Below, one piece after another: positions 22,908-33,400 of a DNA stretch of 64,000 bases. The stretch is from Candidatus Kapaibacterium sp. Its GTDB lineage: Bacteria > Bacteroidota > Ignavibacteria > Kapaibacteriales > UBA2268. The stretch covers positions 4,352,001 to 4,416,000 of the forward strand of contig OY762428.1 of NCBI GenBank assembly GCA_963665665.1, in the 5' to 3' direction. Position numbers and translations under genes: made by a program. Each line of letters starts with the position of its first letter. The first letter of the stretch is position 1. The notes beneath the pieces are model-generated. The model was not told the origin of the DNA. It did no database searches and was given only the letters and a program-made list of their open reading frames with translations.

Positions 22908-24422
22908 CTATCTTTTTCTGCTGAAACTTGCCAGTCGCATAAGTATCAGATCCTGCAAATTCCTGGCTACACTTACCGGGGAAGTGAAGTTATTTATCAT
23001 AATAGAGAATGCCAGGTTTTCTTTGTCTCTGGTAACGATATAACCGCAAATAGTAGAAACTCCGTTCATTGTACCTGTTTTGGCAAAAACTGCTTTCTCT
23101 GCCTTTGTACCGGTTAGTCTTCGTTCAAGTGTACCCGGATTAGCGGGCCTGGCTAATGTATTTTTGAAAATATCACGGTTGTCGGATCGATAAACAGCTG
23201 ACAGCAGCCTTACGAAATAGGCCGGGCTTATCAGATTATACCTGGAAAGGCCCGAACCGTCAACAACTCTCATTTTATCAGGATTTAACCCGAGTTTTCC
23301 TGCAAATTCTTCCACTTTACCTATCCCGCTGGCGAAACTGCCTTCGCCGGTTGATGCTTTTCCAAGGGATTTTAGCAGGCATTCGGCGCCGAGGTTATGA
23401 CTTTGAGTATTTATTACTTTTATAAGATCTATCAGTTTAGGTGATTCATGTGAGAATTCAGGTTTTTTACCAATATATGAAATACCGTAATTTAGATTAT
23501 CAGCATCAAGTATAGCCCCACGAAATCTGATTATTCTGTTATTTAGTGCTTGTCGGAAATTATTAAGAAAATACAGGGTGGGGTTATCAATTGCCAGAGC
23601 AAGCTTGATATGATAATCTTTTATGCTTGTATCGGGAGAAATACTGCCGTGCAATTCAATAACATTGGCTTTACTGTCCCGGATAAAATTAATATCAGAG
23701 GGTGATTCGATGTCGGAAGTTTTAATATAATTTAATATCCTTACATAATCAGTTTCCGGCGTAAGTTCGAATCTTGCCGGAGTGTCAGAACTATCTCCCG
23801 GATAGATATTTATTTCGATTGAATTATCATAAATGGACAAAGGTTTGACTTTAGCGGAGAAGGGATAATTAAAATCATCCCACGCCCATCCCGGCCCATA
23901 GTCAGTTTCATCAAAATAGCTGTCATCACCGATAATATTTCCCCTTATGGTATAAATTCCAAGGCTGTCCATTGTTTCAGCCCAATTTGAAAGCAGGCTG
24001 TCCGGGTTTATACCATAAACTTCTGAAATTGACGGGTCGCCGGCTCCGCGAATAACGATATTGCCTATAAACTCGCCATTGTCGAATATTTCTCCGTCCA
24101 GATAAACTTTGCTGATAAAAACGAAATCCGGCCCGAAGTAATCAAGTGCAGCAGATGTTGTAAGCAGTTTCAAAGAAGAAGCCGGGATAAAATTTTTCTC
24201 GTCATTTTTTCGGTATAATATCTGGCCGTTTTCCAAAGAAACAATTGAAACCCCGATCAAAGCATCTTTCAGATCATTGTTATCAATAAGAGCGTCAATA
24301 TCTCCAACAAGTTCTTTCTCGGGGCTGATCCTGACAACAGAATCCATTGCCAGTTCTGTTTCCTGGTTGAAAACAAGGTAAGGTGATAAATATATTAATA
24401 AGAGAAAATAAACAAATTTCAT
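22908..24422 (-). CDS. dacB: D-alanyl-D-alanine carboxypeptidase/endopeptidase PBP4 (S13)
   Basis: PASSLK (SxxK), GAGDP, SHN, DGSGLSR, KTGT. Confidence 0.93.
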   Translation of the reverse strand: MKFVYFLLLIYLSPYLVFNQETELAMDSVVRISPEKELVGDIDALIDNNDLKDALIGVSIVSLENGQILYRKNDEKNFIPASSLKLLTTSAALDYFGPDFVFISKVYLDGEIFDNGEFIGNIVIRGAGDPSISEVYGINPDSLLSNWAETMDSLGIYTIRGNIIGDDSYFDETDYGPGWAWDDFNYPFSAKVKPLSIYDNSIEINIYPGDSSDTPARFELTPETDYVRILNYIKTSDIESPSDINFIRDSKANVIELHGSISPDTSIKDYHIKLALAIDNPTLYFLNNFRQALNNRIIRFRGAILDADNLNYGISYIGKKPEFSHESPKLIDLIKVINTQSHNLGAECLLKSLGKASTGEGSFASGIGKVEEFAGKLGLNPDKMRVVDGSGLSRYNLISPAYFVRLLSAVYRSDNRDIFKNTLARPANPGTLERRLTGTKAEKAVFAKTGTMNGVSTICGYIVTRDKENLAFSIMINNFTSPVSVARNLQDLILMRLASFSRKR

Positions 24423-24596
24423 AGTAATCCTTTGCTATTGTTACGCCAATATACAAATTGAAAAAATCAGAAAAAAATAAATTTAAATTCTTTAAGATAT
24501 TATACAATTAAAATATCAGTTCTTCTTCTTAAAAGATATTATTGATTTGATAAGATAACAAATTTTAATATATTGTAGATTCGTTCTTTAACAATT

Positions 24597-24953
24597 GGGG
24601 ATGACATGGCTTCGACGGGGTGATGGACGCTTTCAGTGGCATGCCGTGCTCAGTCGGTGGGTGCACGTAAATACAACCGGCAAGCATAATAAATGCAGAC
24701 AATAACTACGCAATGGCTGCGTAATTAACCAGCCACATCCGCAGGAAACATACCTGCCTGTTTCCTTCCGGGTGACGACTCCGGCAGGTTTGCATGATCG
24801 GAATCGGGAGACGATCATGTGCAACAAATCCCGATAATTCGCGACGTACCTGCTTTTTGGTGAACGATGTGACCGAAAATTTATAAAAAAGCTAAGCATG
24901 TAGAAGCTAAAGAAGAAGCTCTTCGGACGCGGGTTCGACTCCCGCCATCTCCA
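24597..24953 (+). ncRNA. ssrA: tmRNA (transfer-messenger RNA)
   Basis: 5' GGGGATG pairs with 3' CATCTCC(A); T-arm GCGGGTTCGACTCCCGC; tag frame 24695-24724 GCAGAC...GCTGCGTAA = ADNNYAMAA*. Confidence 0.95.
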
Positions 24954-24970
24954 CTTTCTATCTTTCGAAC

Positions 24971-25008
24971 ACCGCATCAATACATGTTCTTTGATGCGGT
25001 TTTGTTTT
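24971..25008 (+). terminator. intrinsic terminator after ssrA
   Basis: ACCGCATCAA...TTGATGCGGT stem followed by TTTGTTTTT. Confidence 0.75.
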
Positions 25009-25322
25009 TACTGTCCTATATGTGTCCTAAACTTGAGTGATTTAGGAATATTTTCCCTTAAATATTATTCTTAAAAGCAATCATTTTTGTGGATTAATTT
25101 ACAGGATATTTCTGGTAATTATCTTACGGTTCTATCTTAGTGTTTATTTAGCTCAATGCAAATTAATTTAACACCCTTAATTAATCAAATTCACAATTTT
25201 ACAAAGTTTTTTTGAATATTTTTCATCGAAGCCCCCTCGTGCAGCAATGTATTTGTTTCCTGTAAAAAGTCTTCATTATTAACCATAGGAAAATCTATAA
25301 GGTTGTCAATAGATACATTATG

Positions 25323-26969
25323 TCATTTCTTCCTATTTATTCGTCTGTTTGCTAGCTTTTTCCAAATGTTTCGTAGTTGCTTAACTTCTTGTATATTAAA
25401 GCCATGTTGTTTAATTAGCAACTCATGATCAATAATATCTAAAACTTCTTCAATTTTTCGATCTCTTATTAATGCGTCAATCAAATTGAAATCAACATTC
25501 ATTCCAACCAGAGAAGGTATTTTGATTTCTTCAATTTCAGTAGGTTCGAATGTCATTACTCCTCCTCCATAACTTCGACCAGTGATTTCTGAAAATGCAA
25601 ATGATAGAGAATTCATAAATGATATAATTAAAGATTGGCGATTGACTTTTGCCTTAAATCTCACACGATGAATAGTGTCTGTTGATGATGCACCAGATTC
25701 ATTAAGAATAAGTTTTGGATAATCTCCTACTTGACGTAGAGCAAATGCATCAGGAACCCATAATGATGGTGTTATATACCAACGCTTACGAATCCTAGTC
25801 TTATAACCTGTATTGAAATCTCTTTCTTCACCATAGCTAATATACTTTTGGCAAACTTTTGGTAAATCGTTAAACTCTACATTAGGAGGAATAAATAAGT
25901 ATATAGAATTTTGGGCTCTCGAATTTTCTAAAAAATCATCTTCTGAAAATGTAACTCCTTTTAATTGATTTGATCTGCTTGCAACTGGTATTGTATATTT
26001 CTCTAATCCCCATTCTTTTACTTGCTTTTTATTGAGCATAAAGAATTCATTCCGTCCAGTAACTAAGCCTACATCAACATCTAATATATCTCCACAAGAA
26101 ATTATTCGTGGATCTGATTTAAGAGTCTTTAGTAAATTAATTTCTCCTTCTGTCAGAAAATATTTAGTCCATTTTTCACTACTATGGTCAATAGGCTTAA
26201 CATTTGATCCATTAATAAGTTCAAAATCAATAGATTTTAAATCTTCCATATCTTTACATTCAATAACTCTAATACCTTGACCATGTTTAACTTTCTTTTC
26301 ACAAAGCAATAAAACAACTTCTTGCTGTATATTATCAAAAACTAATTTTTTGAAAGTTAATATTGTAATTCTTTCAAAATATTTGGAAAGAAAAATCCTC
26401 GTTTCAGCTGCATATTTAACCTGAAATAATTCGGCTGGGATAACCATTGCCATTTTTCCAGAATTATTTAATAATGAAGAACAAACTATAAGAAACGGCA
26501 CCCATATATTGGTAAGTTTATTTGGGTTCAATCCAAGAGTCTTCATCATCTCAATAGCAAGATGCCGATGTTCCTCCGGGAAATTTTGATACCTAATAAA
26601 AGGAGGGTTACCTATCACAACATCATATTCGATTGTTTCATTGTTTTTTATATAGTTAAAAAAATCTCGATTCTCGATTATATTGGGATCTATCCCTAAG
26701 TTTGCAGCTCTTTGTTTTGCTTTAGAGGATTCTTCTTCTATTAATTCAATTCCTTTAATTTTACCATCTAGTTGTTTTCCCTCTATACCTAATTCATTAA
26801 AACGCAATATTGCTGATTCAATGAAATTACCATCTCCACAACTTGGTTCTAATACAGAATTAGTATTGACATCAATACTCCAACTACATAAAAAATCTGT
26901 AATAGGTTTTGGAGTATAGTAACCTCCTCGAAGCTTTGTTGATGATATTTTATCTTTTACTGTTCCCAT
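25323..26969 (-). CDS. gamma-class N6-adenine DNA methyltransferase (companion MTase of an Eco57I/BpmI-type system)
   Basis: GGYYTP, LEPSCGDG (motif I), NPPF (motif IV), RSYGGGV; 548 aa. Confidence 0.9.
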   Translation of the reverse strand: MGTVKDKISSTKLRGGYYTPKPITDFLCSWSIDVNTNSVLEPSCGDGNFIESAILRFNELGIEGKQLDGKIKGIELIEEESSKAKQRAANLGIDPNIIENRDFFNYIKNNETIEYDVVIGNPPFIRYQNFPEEHRHLAIEMMKTLGLNPNKLTNIWVPFLIVCSSLLNNSGKMAMVIPAELFQVKYAAETRIFLSKYFERITILTFKKLVFDNIQQEVVLLLCEKKVKHGQGIRVIECKDMEDLKSIDFELINGSNVKPIDHSSEKWTKYFLTEGEINLLKTLKSDPRIISCGDILDVDVGLVTGRNEFFMLNKKQVKEWGLEKYTIPVASRSNQLKGVTFSEDDFLENSRAQNSIYLFIPPNVEFNDLPKVCQKYISYGEERDFNTGYKTRIRKRWYITPSLWVPDAFALRQVGDYPKLILNESGASSTDTIHRVRFKAKVNRQSLIISFMNSLSFAFSEITGRSYGGGVMTFEPTEIEEIKIPSLVGMNVDFNLIDALIRDRKIEEVLDIIDHELLIKQHGFNIQEVKQLRNIWKKLANRRINRKK

Positions 26970-29900
26970 TATTCCGCTATTAAAGATTCTGAATTAAACA
27001 TTTCATCTTGCATCACTGTTTCAAACTCCTTATTTGAAATACCATACAGATTGTTAATAATCTGAATTAATTGTTTTTGCAAAGTATCGATTTTTCTTTG
27101 AAATACATTTCTATTTGTTCCATAACCAACAGTTTTAAGTTTAACTTTAGTACTGATTAGGTTCCTAACGATTTTAACTATTTGCTTATATGCTTCTTTT
27201 TCTGTATTATTAGCCATATTAATAGTTCTAATAGGTAGATTCTCTATGAACTGTTTTCCATGAGAATAATATGAACCTCTAAATTCACTTGCACCTGATT
27301 TTACCATATTTTCAATTAGAGGATGTGAAAGTATTCCTAAAAAGTAGTATAAAGAATATTCAGAATTATTTATCAATCCGTAATAAGGACCATTTCCACC
27401 ACCAGTAAACTGTAGATTATTTTTATCGATTGTATATGGTGGCTCAGTTGATAAAACTGACCAAATTAGTTTCTCGGTGTTATGAAATTTAGTCAAACTT
27501 TGGGAACGGCCAAATTGGTACCATAGTGGTTCTTTTCCTTGCAGACTTCGCTTTTCTAAAGACTCTTGATTTTCTTTCAAATAAGCATAAGCCAAAGGGA
27601 AATGAGTCGACAAATAGGTCTCGCTATAAACTTTTGCCTTATCACCCTTGATGCTATAAGGGAAAATGATTTGTGTATTCCCATTCAATGTCTCAAATAA
27701 TCCAAATGACAAATCGTAAATTGCAGGTAGGCATATTCCTTTCTCAATTTTCCAAGATTTTCCCTGTTTACTAAAATCAAAATAGTCATCACTTTCATAT
27801 TCAGGTTTGAATATATATATTTTATCTGCACTAGTTTGTAAACCAACACAAATTTCTGCTAAGTCTTTTAAAGGTTTATTTTGTGAATGCCTAACTTTAG
27901 TAAACACTTCTTCTGTTCCAGGAGCAAGAAAAACCCATGGATCAGAATTATAGTTTTCATTTTTGTATTCAATAGAATTACTATCATCCTCAAGCGATCT
28001 AGCCGATATTGACTTAATCCTTTTAAATGAAAATCTTTCATGCTTTTCTACTCTTAATACCATTATCGCAGTATAGGTTGATTTACCTGGAAAAATCTGA
28101 GACACTCCAAAATGGATAATTTTAGAGATATTACAGTTTTCTGAAATGTGATTTCTTAGAGCTTTACCTCCTTTAATTAAAAAGAATTTATGAGGTACTA
28201 TATATCCCAAATACCCATTAGAGTTTAACAATGCAATTGCTCTTTGTATAAATACATAATATTTGTCAATTGTTTCTTTTTTTGCTACATCAAATCCAGA
28301 TACAGAAGACTGATAATACAATACTTCTTCTGGTGAATATTTTACAAGATTTTGAATTCTAACATAGGGAGGATTACCAATAATCGCATCAAATCCATTA
28401 GTTTCATTTAGAAATGGATATTCCGTTTCCCAATCGAAAGGATTAAGACGAAACAACACCTCATCATCATCCAAAGCTTCAGGTATAAACTTATAAAAAT
28501 TTGAGTCGACCAAAGAATTACCACATTTAATATTGTTACTTAAGCTGGGTAGCAACCTTTCATCATATTGATTTAAAAAATCATTTACAGTGGCCTCATT
28601 TTCACCTTCAAGTAATTTTAATAATAAACTAAACTCACTTACCTCTTTTGCATAAGGATTTATATCAACACCAAAAATATTGCTTTCAAGGATAATGCGT
28701 TTGCCTTTAAGGGTAAGAACATAAGTTGAATCATCTGTTAAATATACAATATTATTGTCGCAAATTTTTTCATTAGATATTGATTCTAAATACTTTTCAA
28801 GAAGAAAATCATAAGCTGAAATTAAAAATGTGCCTGAACCACAGCATATGTCAGCAATTTTAAGATTCTTAAGCCCTTCAAATGACTTATCTGATACAAG
28901 AGGCGTTAGAGTGTCTTTAACAATCTGTTCAACTATAAGTTTTGGAGTAGGAACAACACCATTTGAAGCAGAAACCTCTGGTTCCATTACAATTGACAAT
29001 TGTCGATTATCATCAATTAAGACTCTACTTCCAAGAAATCGTTCATATATCTGGCTTAAAATTGCCGGATCTACAACAGAAAAGTCATTAGGACTAAGAG
29101 GATAATACAATTCATTGAAAATAGAGATTAGTGTATCAGAATCTATTCCAACTTCTTTCGATAATGTATCCTCAATAAAATCAAATAGCCCAGAATTAAA
29201 TTTTCTGTCGGACTGTTCAAATAGTGCTTTCAGTTCTATATAATTTGTAATAGATTTTAAGGTTTCAAATTTCTCGATAGTCCTGTCTTCACATATTCGA
29301 AGAAAAACTATTCTATTAAGAAGTCTTTGAATTAGAAAATTGACATCTTGGCTTTCCAAATCTTCATTGCTGTTAACTGCTGAAATTGCTAATCGCTGTC
29401 TCCAATCCTCTATTTGAGAAAGGAAATAATCATCAAATGTTTCTCCTCTTCTTTCGTATGTTGAAAATAAATTATCAAGTAATCCAGAATGTGCAGAATC
29501 ATAAGATAACATTTGATTTATTTCATCTAATGCACTTAGATAATCAGAGTAGTGAAATATTTTTACTCTCGCAACATGCTCATTATCTGTGGGATTCGGC
29601 TTAAATCTACAGTCGTAAATTATTAAATCTTCGAAATTCGTTAGAATGGAAATTCCAAGATTTGCATTCCAACCATATCTTCTTATTTGAAAAGCAGCTT
29701 TAGAAGAATTATTAATGTTTACAGATGGCTTTTTAACCTCCACAAAAAGTTTACGTGTACCATTGATGCGAAGTGTATAGTCAGGATTCTTCTTTGTATT
29801 AGAATCTTCAACTTCAATGTATTCTTCCTGTAAAACATCACGTAAAAAATGTGTCTTACCTTTTGAATTGTCAACATCCCAGCCGAAACATTTTAATAGT

Positions 29901-30001
29901 GGATCTATAAAGTCATTTCTTAACTGAGTTTCATTATAACTTGGCCTTAAACAATTATCCCTTTCGGATTCATATTTTTCAATTAATTCTTTTAAATTCA
30001 T
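26969..30001 (-). CDS. Type IIG restriction-modification fusion enzyme (Eco57I/BpmI-like)
   Basis: N-terminal PD..EVK nuclease (NPDY...VEVKKP), DICCGSG, NPPY, C-terminal target-recognition region; 1010 aa. Confidence 0.9.
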   Translation of the reverse strand: MNLKELIEKYESERDNCLRPSYNETQLRNDFIDPLLKCFGWDVDNSKGKTHFLRDVLQEEYIEVEDSNTKKNPDYTLRINGTRKLFVEVKKPSVNINNSSKAAFQIRRYGWNANLGISILTNFEDLIIYDCRFKPNPTDNEHVARVKIFHYSDYLSALDEINQMLSYDSAHSGLLDNLFSTYERRGETFDDYFLSQIEDWRQRLAISAVNSNEDLESQDVNFLIQRLLNRIVFLRICEDRTIEKFETLKSITNYIELKALFEQSDRKFNSGLFDFIEDTLSKEVGIDSDTLISIFNELYYPLSPNDFSVVDPAILSQIYERFLGSRVLIDDNRQLSIVMEPEVSASNGVVPTPKLIVEQIVKDTLTPLVSDKSFEGLKNLKIADICCGSGTFLISAYDFLLEKYLESISNEKICDNNIVYLTDDSTYVLTLKGKRIILESNIFGVDINPYAKEVSEFSLLLKLLEGENEATVNDFLNQYDERLLPSLSNNIKCGNSLVDSNFYKFIPEALDDDEVLFRLNPFDWETEYPFLNETNGFDAIIGNPPYVRIQNLVKYSPEEVLYYQSSVSGFDVAKKETIDKYYVFIQRAIALLNSNGYLGYIVPHKFFLIKGGKALRNHISENCNISKIIHFGVSQIFPGKSTYTAIMVLRVEKHERFSFKRIKSISARSLEDDSNSIEYKNENYNSDPWVFLAPGTEEVFTKVRHSQNKPLKDLAEICVGLQTSADKIYIFKPEYESDDYFDFSKQGKSWKIEKGICLPAIYDLSFGLFETLNGNTQIIFPYSIKGDKAKVYSETYLSTHFPLAYAYLKENQESLEKRSLQGKEPLWYQFGRSQSLTKFHNTEKLIWSVLSTEPPYTIDKNNLQFTGGGNGPYYGLINNSEYSLYYFLGILSHPLIENMVKSGASEFRGSYYSHGKQFIENLPIRTINMANNTEKEAYKQIVKIVRNLISTKVKLKTVGYGTNRNVFQRKIDTLQKQLIQIINNLYGISNKEFETVMQDEMFNSESLIAE

Positions 30002-30021
30002 TGATTTTCAAAATCTCATAT

Positions 30022-30330
30022 TTATTTTAATTGTTTTGATTTAAAATATTCTGCTTTTTTTTCTGCCAATTTCAATAGTTCAGAAGTATCTGATTGAGGA
30101 TAAATAATCTCGGCAATTTTTTCACTATAATATTCCTTTTTTAATTCTTCTATATCAAGTTCAAATACCTTAGCTAGCTTTGGTAAAATATTCTCGGGTA
30201 TTAATCTCTTTCCATTCTCAATTTTTGATAAAGTTGATTGGTCAATATCTAATGCCGCTGCTAATTTTGTTAACGTCATAGAAGCATCAACTCTTAACTT
30301 GTGAATATATTCTCTTAATGTCTCTTTCAT
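30022..30330 (-). CDS. XRE-family HTH regulator, putative controller (C) protein of the RM locus
   Basis: LAAALDIDQSTLSKIENGKR; lies directly upstream of the RM genes. Confidence 0.85.
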   Translation of the reverse strand: MKETLREYIHKLRVDASMTLTKLAAALDIDQSTLSKIENGKRLIPENILPKLAKVFELDIEELKKEYYSEKIAEIIYPQSDTSELLKLAEKKAEYFKSKQLK

Positions 30331-30369
30331 TATCTTGACAAAATTATCTTGACAATTTTGTCAAAAATA
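30331..30369 (-). promoter_or_regulatory. putative operator and promoter of the HTH-RM operon
   Basis: TATCTTGACAA direct repeat, palindrome TTGACAATTTTGTCAA (30349-30364), overlapping TATTTTTG (TAnnTTTG) on the minus strand. Confidence 0.6.
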
Positions 30370-30489
30370 CAATTTTTAAATAACTTGAGCAACATGATGA
30401 ACAATATTCTTTCTAATATATTGTTGGAATGACCATATAATTCTGATCAAATTTTCGGCAATATTTACTCTTTATTGCCAGTAATTTGA

Positions 30490-33400
30490 TTACCTTCCTC
30501 TCTTATTTCTCATATTCAAACTCCTCCTAAGGGCAATATCAATATCACTGCCTTTGAGAGTTGTTTTCAATTCCTGTCCGGCAAGAATAGCTTTCAGGCT
30601 TCTGATCTCTGAAAGGAGTTGTGAATTGGCTCCGGCAGATGCCATTTGTACTGTTGCTATTAACTGATCATCCCTGAATATCCATTCCCTGTTTCTTCCT
30701 CCGAGAGTTGTTGCATCACCAATCAGGGCAAAAGTCGGTTCATCTATTCGGCCTCCGGAAGAAAAACTGAGAATTGAGCTTATTACCGGATCGGTAACTG
30801 CTTTTACAGCTGCATTGACTACTGCCGTGATTACTGGAATAGAAACTACGTTTGCCGGAAAAGGCAGAGCAGACAGATATTCCATTGTTCCCGGAGAAAG
30901 AATCAGGTCAAGGACAAAAGCTGATGCCTTTGCCTGAAGCATTCCTGCAAGCTGACCGAAGAATTTACGCCAGTTTTCGGCTGCTGCATCGGGATCAGCT
31001 GCAAATAGATTTGTCAGGCTGTCCGTTACAGTAGTTTGCAGGCCGCCAACTAAAATTCCTATTGAATCAGCTTTCTGAGAAAGAAGCGATTCTGTATCCT
31101 GTAACTGTGAACTTAGGGATTCATAGGCTTCCCGGTCTGCTTTACTGTCAAATATTGGTTTGCCTGCTTCATCAAATGCTTTAGCTTTTTCAGCTAACAA
31201 TGCCAATTGATCCTGTAAAGAATGTCTTTGCAAGTTCAGGTTCTCTTCGTCTTTTCTGCGTTGCAGTTCAAGTTCCAATCCATTTCTCTGAGATTCGAGA
31301 ATGGTTTGTTGTTTTGCATACTCTTCTTCTTTCTCAGATCTTTTCTTTCTACCGGATTCTTCAATCTCAGCTTTTCGCTTTTCAAACTCCTCGGCAGATA
31401 TTGCTTCCATGTTCCGCCATTTTTCGAGTTCCGCAATCTTTGCCTTTTCATCAGATACAATTTTCTTCAGGTCATCATCTTTATCGGAACTAATTTTCTT
31501 TTCTCCGGCAGATGAATATATCTCATTGAACCTGTCTAACAGCTCTTCTTCCTTCTTATACTTGTCTTCAATTTCCTTTATCCTGCCTTCTTCAAATTTC
31601 TTAAGCTCATCAAGCCTTGACTGATATATCTTATCTTCAAGGTCTTTGATAGCCTGCATAGTCTCAAACTCTTCATTTTGAAGTTTCAGATTCTGGTTCC
31701 TAACTTCTCGTACCTTTAAACCAAACTGAATCCTTATCCTTTCCTTTTCCTGTTCAGCATTTTCACCGGATACCTTGGCAAGCTCTGCATTCATCTGCCT
31801 GTTCAGTTCGATTATCTCATCATTTCCGGATTCAATGGCATCTCTTAATCCGGACAGCTTGCCCTGATATTCCTCGACAACTCCTTCATATATATCTTCA
31901 TCTTTGATGCCTATTGATATTTCCCATTCGATTTTCTTCTGTTCAAGCTCCTTAAGTTTGTCCTGCATATCAATATCATCTGCTTTGAGTTTCAGCTTTA
32001 GCTCCTGAATCTTTGCCTGTTCATTAACAATCTTTTCGTTAAAATCCTGAATAACCGATCTAATCTCTGTTTTGTCAGCTTCCTTGACTTTTGCCTGAAA
32101 GATAATTTCACCATCAGATGAAACATCGCTAATCAGATTCTTTGCTTTGAGAACTTCTATCCACGCCACTCTTTGATTATTTATTGTTTCGAGCTGTTTC
32201 TGATTAATAAGAAGGTCATCATAGTCATCAGCCTTTCTTTCTTCATTAAGTAGTTTTTCTTTCTGAACATATTCATAGTTCTGCATTTCAAGGTCGAGTG
32301 ATTTTGTTTTTATATCCGCCTGTTCCTTTGCCAGTTCTAAAGCTGATTTACCCTGCCTGACAATCAAACCAGCCCTGATCTGGTTTAGTTCATCTATCCT
32401 GTCCAGATTCTTCTTTTCCTTAGCCTGATCCTTCAGGTTTCTGATAGCATCACTGTATTGTTCTTTCAGTTCTTTTCTTTCCTCATCTGACAAAGCTTTA
32501 TTCTGCAACTGCTTGTATATCTCATTAGCAGCAGAGAGTTGCGATTTCAGGTTCTTCTCGACATTTGAGGTGGCATTATCCCAGGCTTCGGCAAGCTTGT
32601 CAACTGCTGCAGCCTGAGCTTCGGCTTCCTTCTTGCTCTTTTCCTGAACCTCGACAATATCATCAGCTTTATTCCTAAGCTGGTATAACTGCTTTGAGAA
32701 CTGCTGTTCAACTTTTTCCGGCAGTTTGATATTCTCAAATTCAATATCTATCTTAGCTCCAGCCTCAAGAGATTTTGCCATTTCCAATGTCTGTGATTTC
32801 AGTTCCTGAGTGAGCTTGGAGTATTTCAGCTTAATATCGCTTACATCTTCACCTTTTTTTGAGCCTTCAACGATCTGATTGGCAAGGTTCTCAGCTTCCA
32901 GAGATACTTTCTGATACAGCTCTGCCTTTTCCTTCAGGGCTACGGCAAAGGCATCCTGTTCTGATTTCAGCTTATTGGAGTATGATTCTTCATTGGCTTT
33001 GGTATATTCCTTTACCTTGTCGATATTCAAATCAACAGCCTGGACTACCTTGCCGTTCTCATCAATGATCTCTTTATATCCTTTAACTGCATTTGGGACT
33101 TCTTTAGCTAATTCCTTTGCTATATTATTCTTTTGTATCTCGGTTTTTGCAGACTTGAACTTAGCAACAAGTTCGTCAAGTTTCTTATTCTTGTCCAGGT
33201 CATCTTTAAGTTCCATAGCATTCTGTAAAGCAAAGTCCATCTTTGATTCAGCAATTGTGGCATTGGCTTTTACCATAGCCCCACTGATTGCTTTATTCAG
33301 CCGGTTCGAAAGCTCATTCTCAAATTCTTCATCACCTGATATCCAATTGACTGGATTAAGATAATACTGTGCATAATCCATCAGAACAGAGAATAGTTCC

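Noticed and set aside
24597-24953. tRNA-Ala gene
   Set aside because: The acceptor stem and T-arm belong to tmRNA; the ends are ~355 bp apart and enclose a tag reading frame.
24633-24980. 115-aa minus-strand ORF
   Set aside because: Antisense shadow of the tmRNA gene.
25034-25040. TGAGTGA near the left prophage boundary as a sixth promoter motif
   Set aside because: Only a half site, with no matching TA box at the 29-bp offset and no leftward gene to drive.
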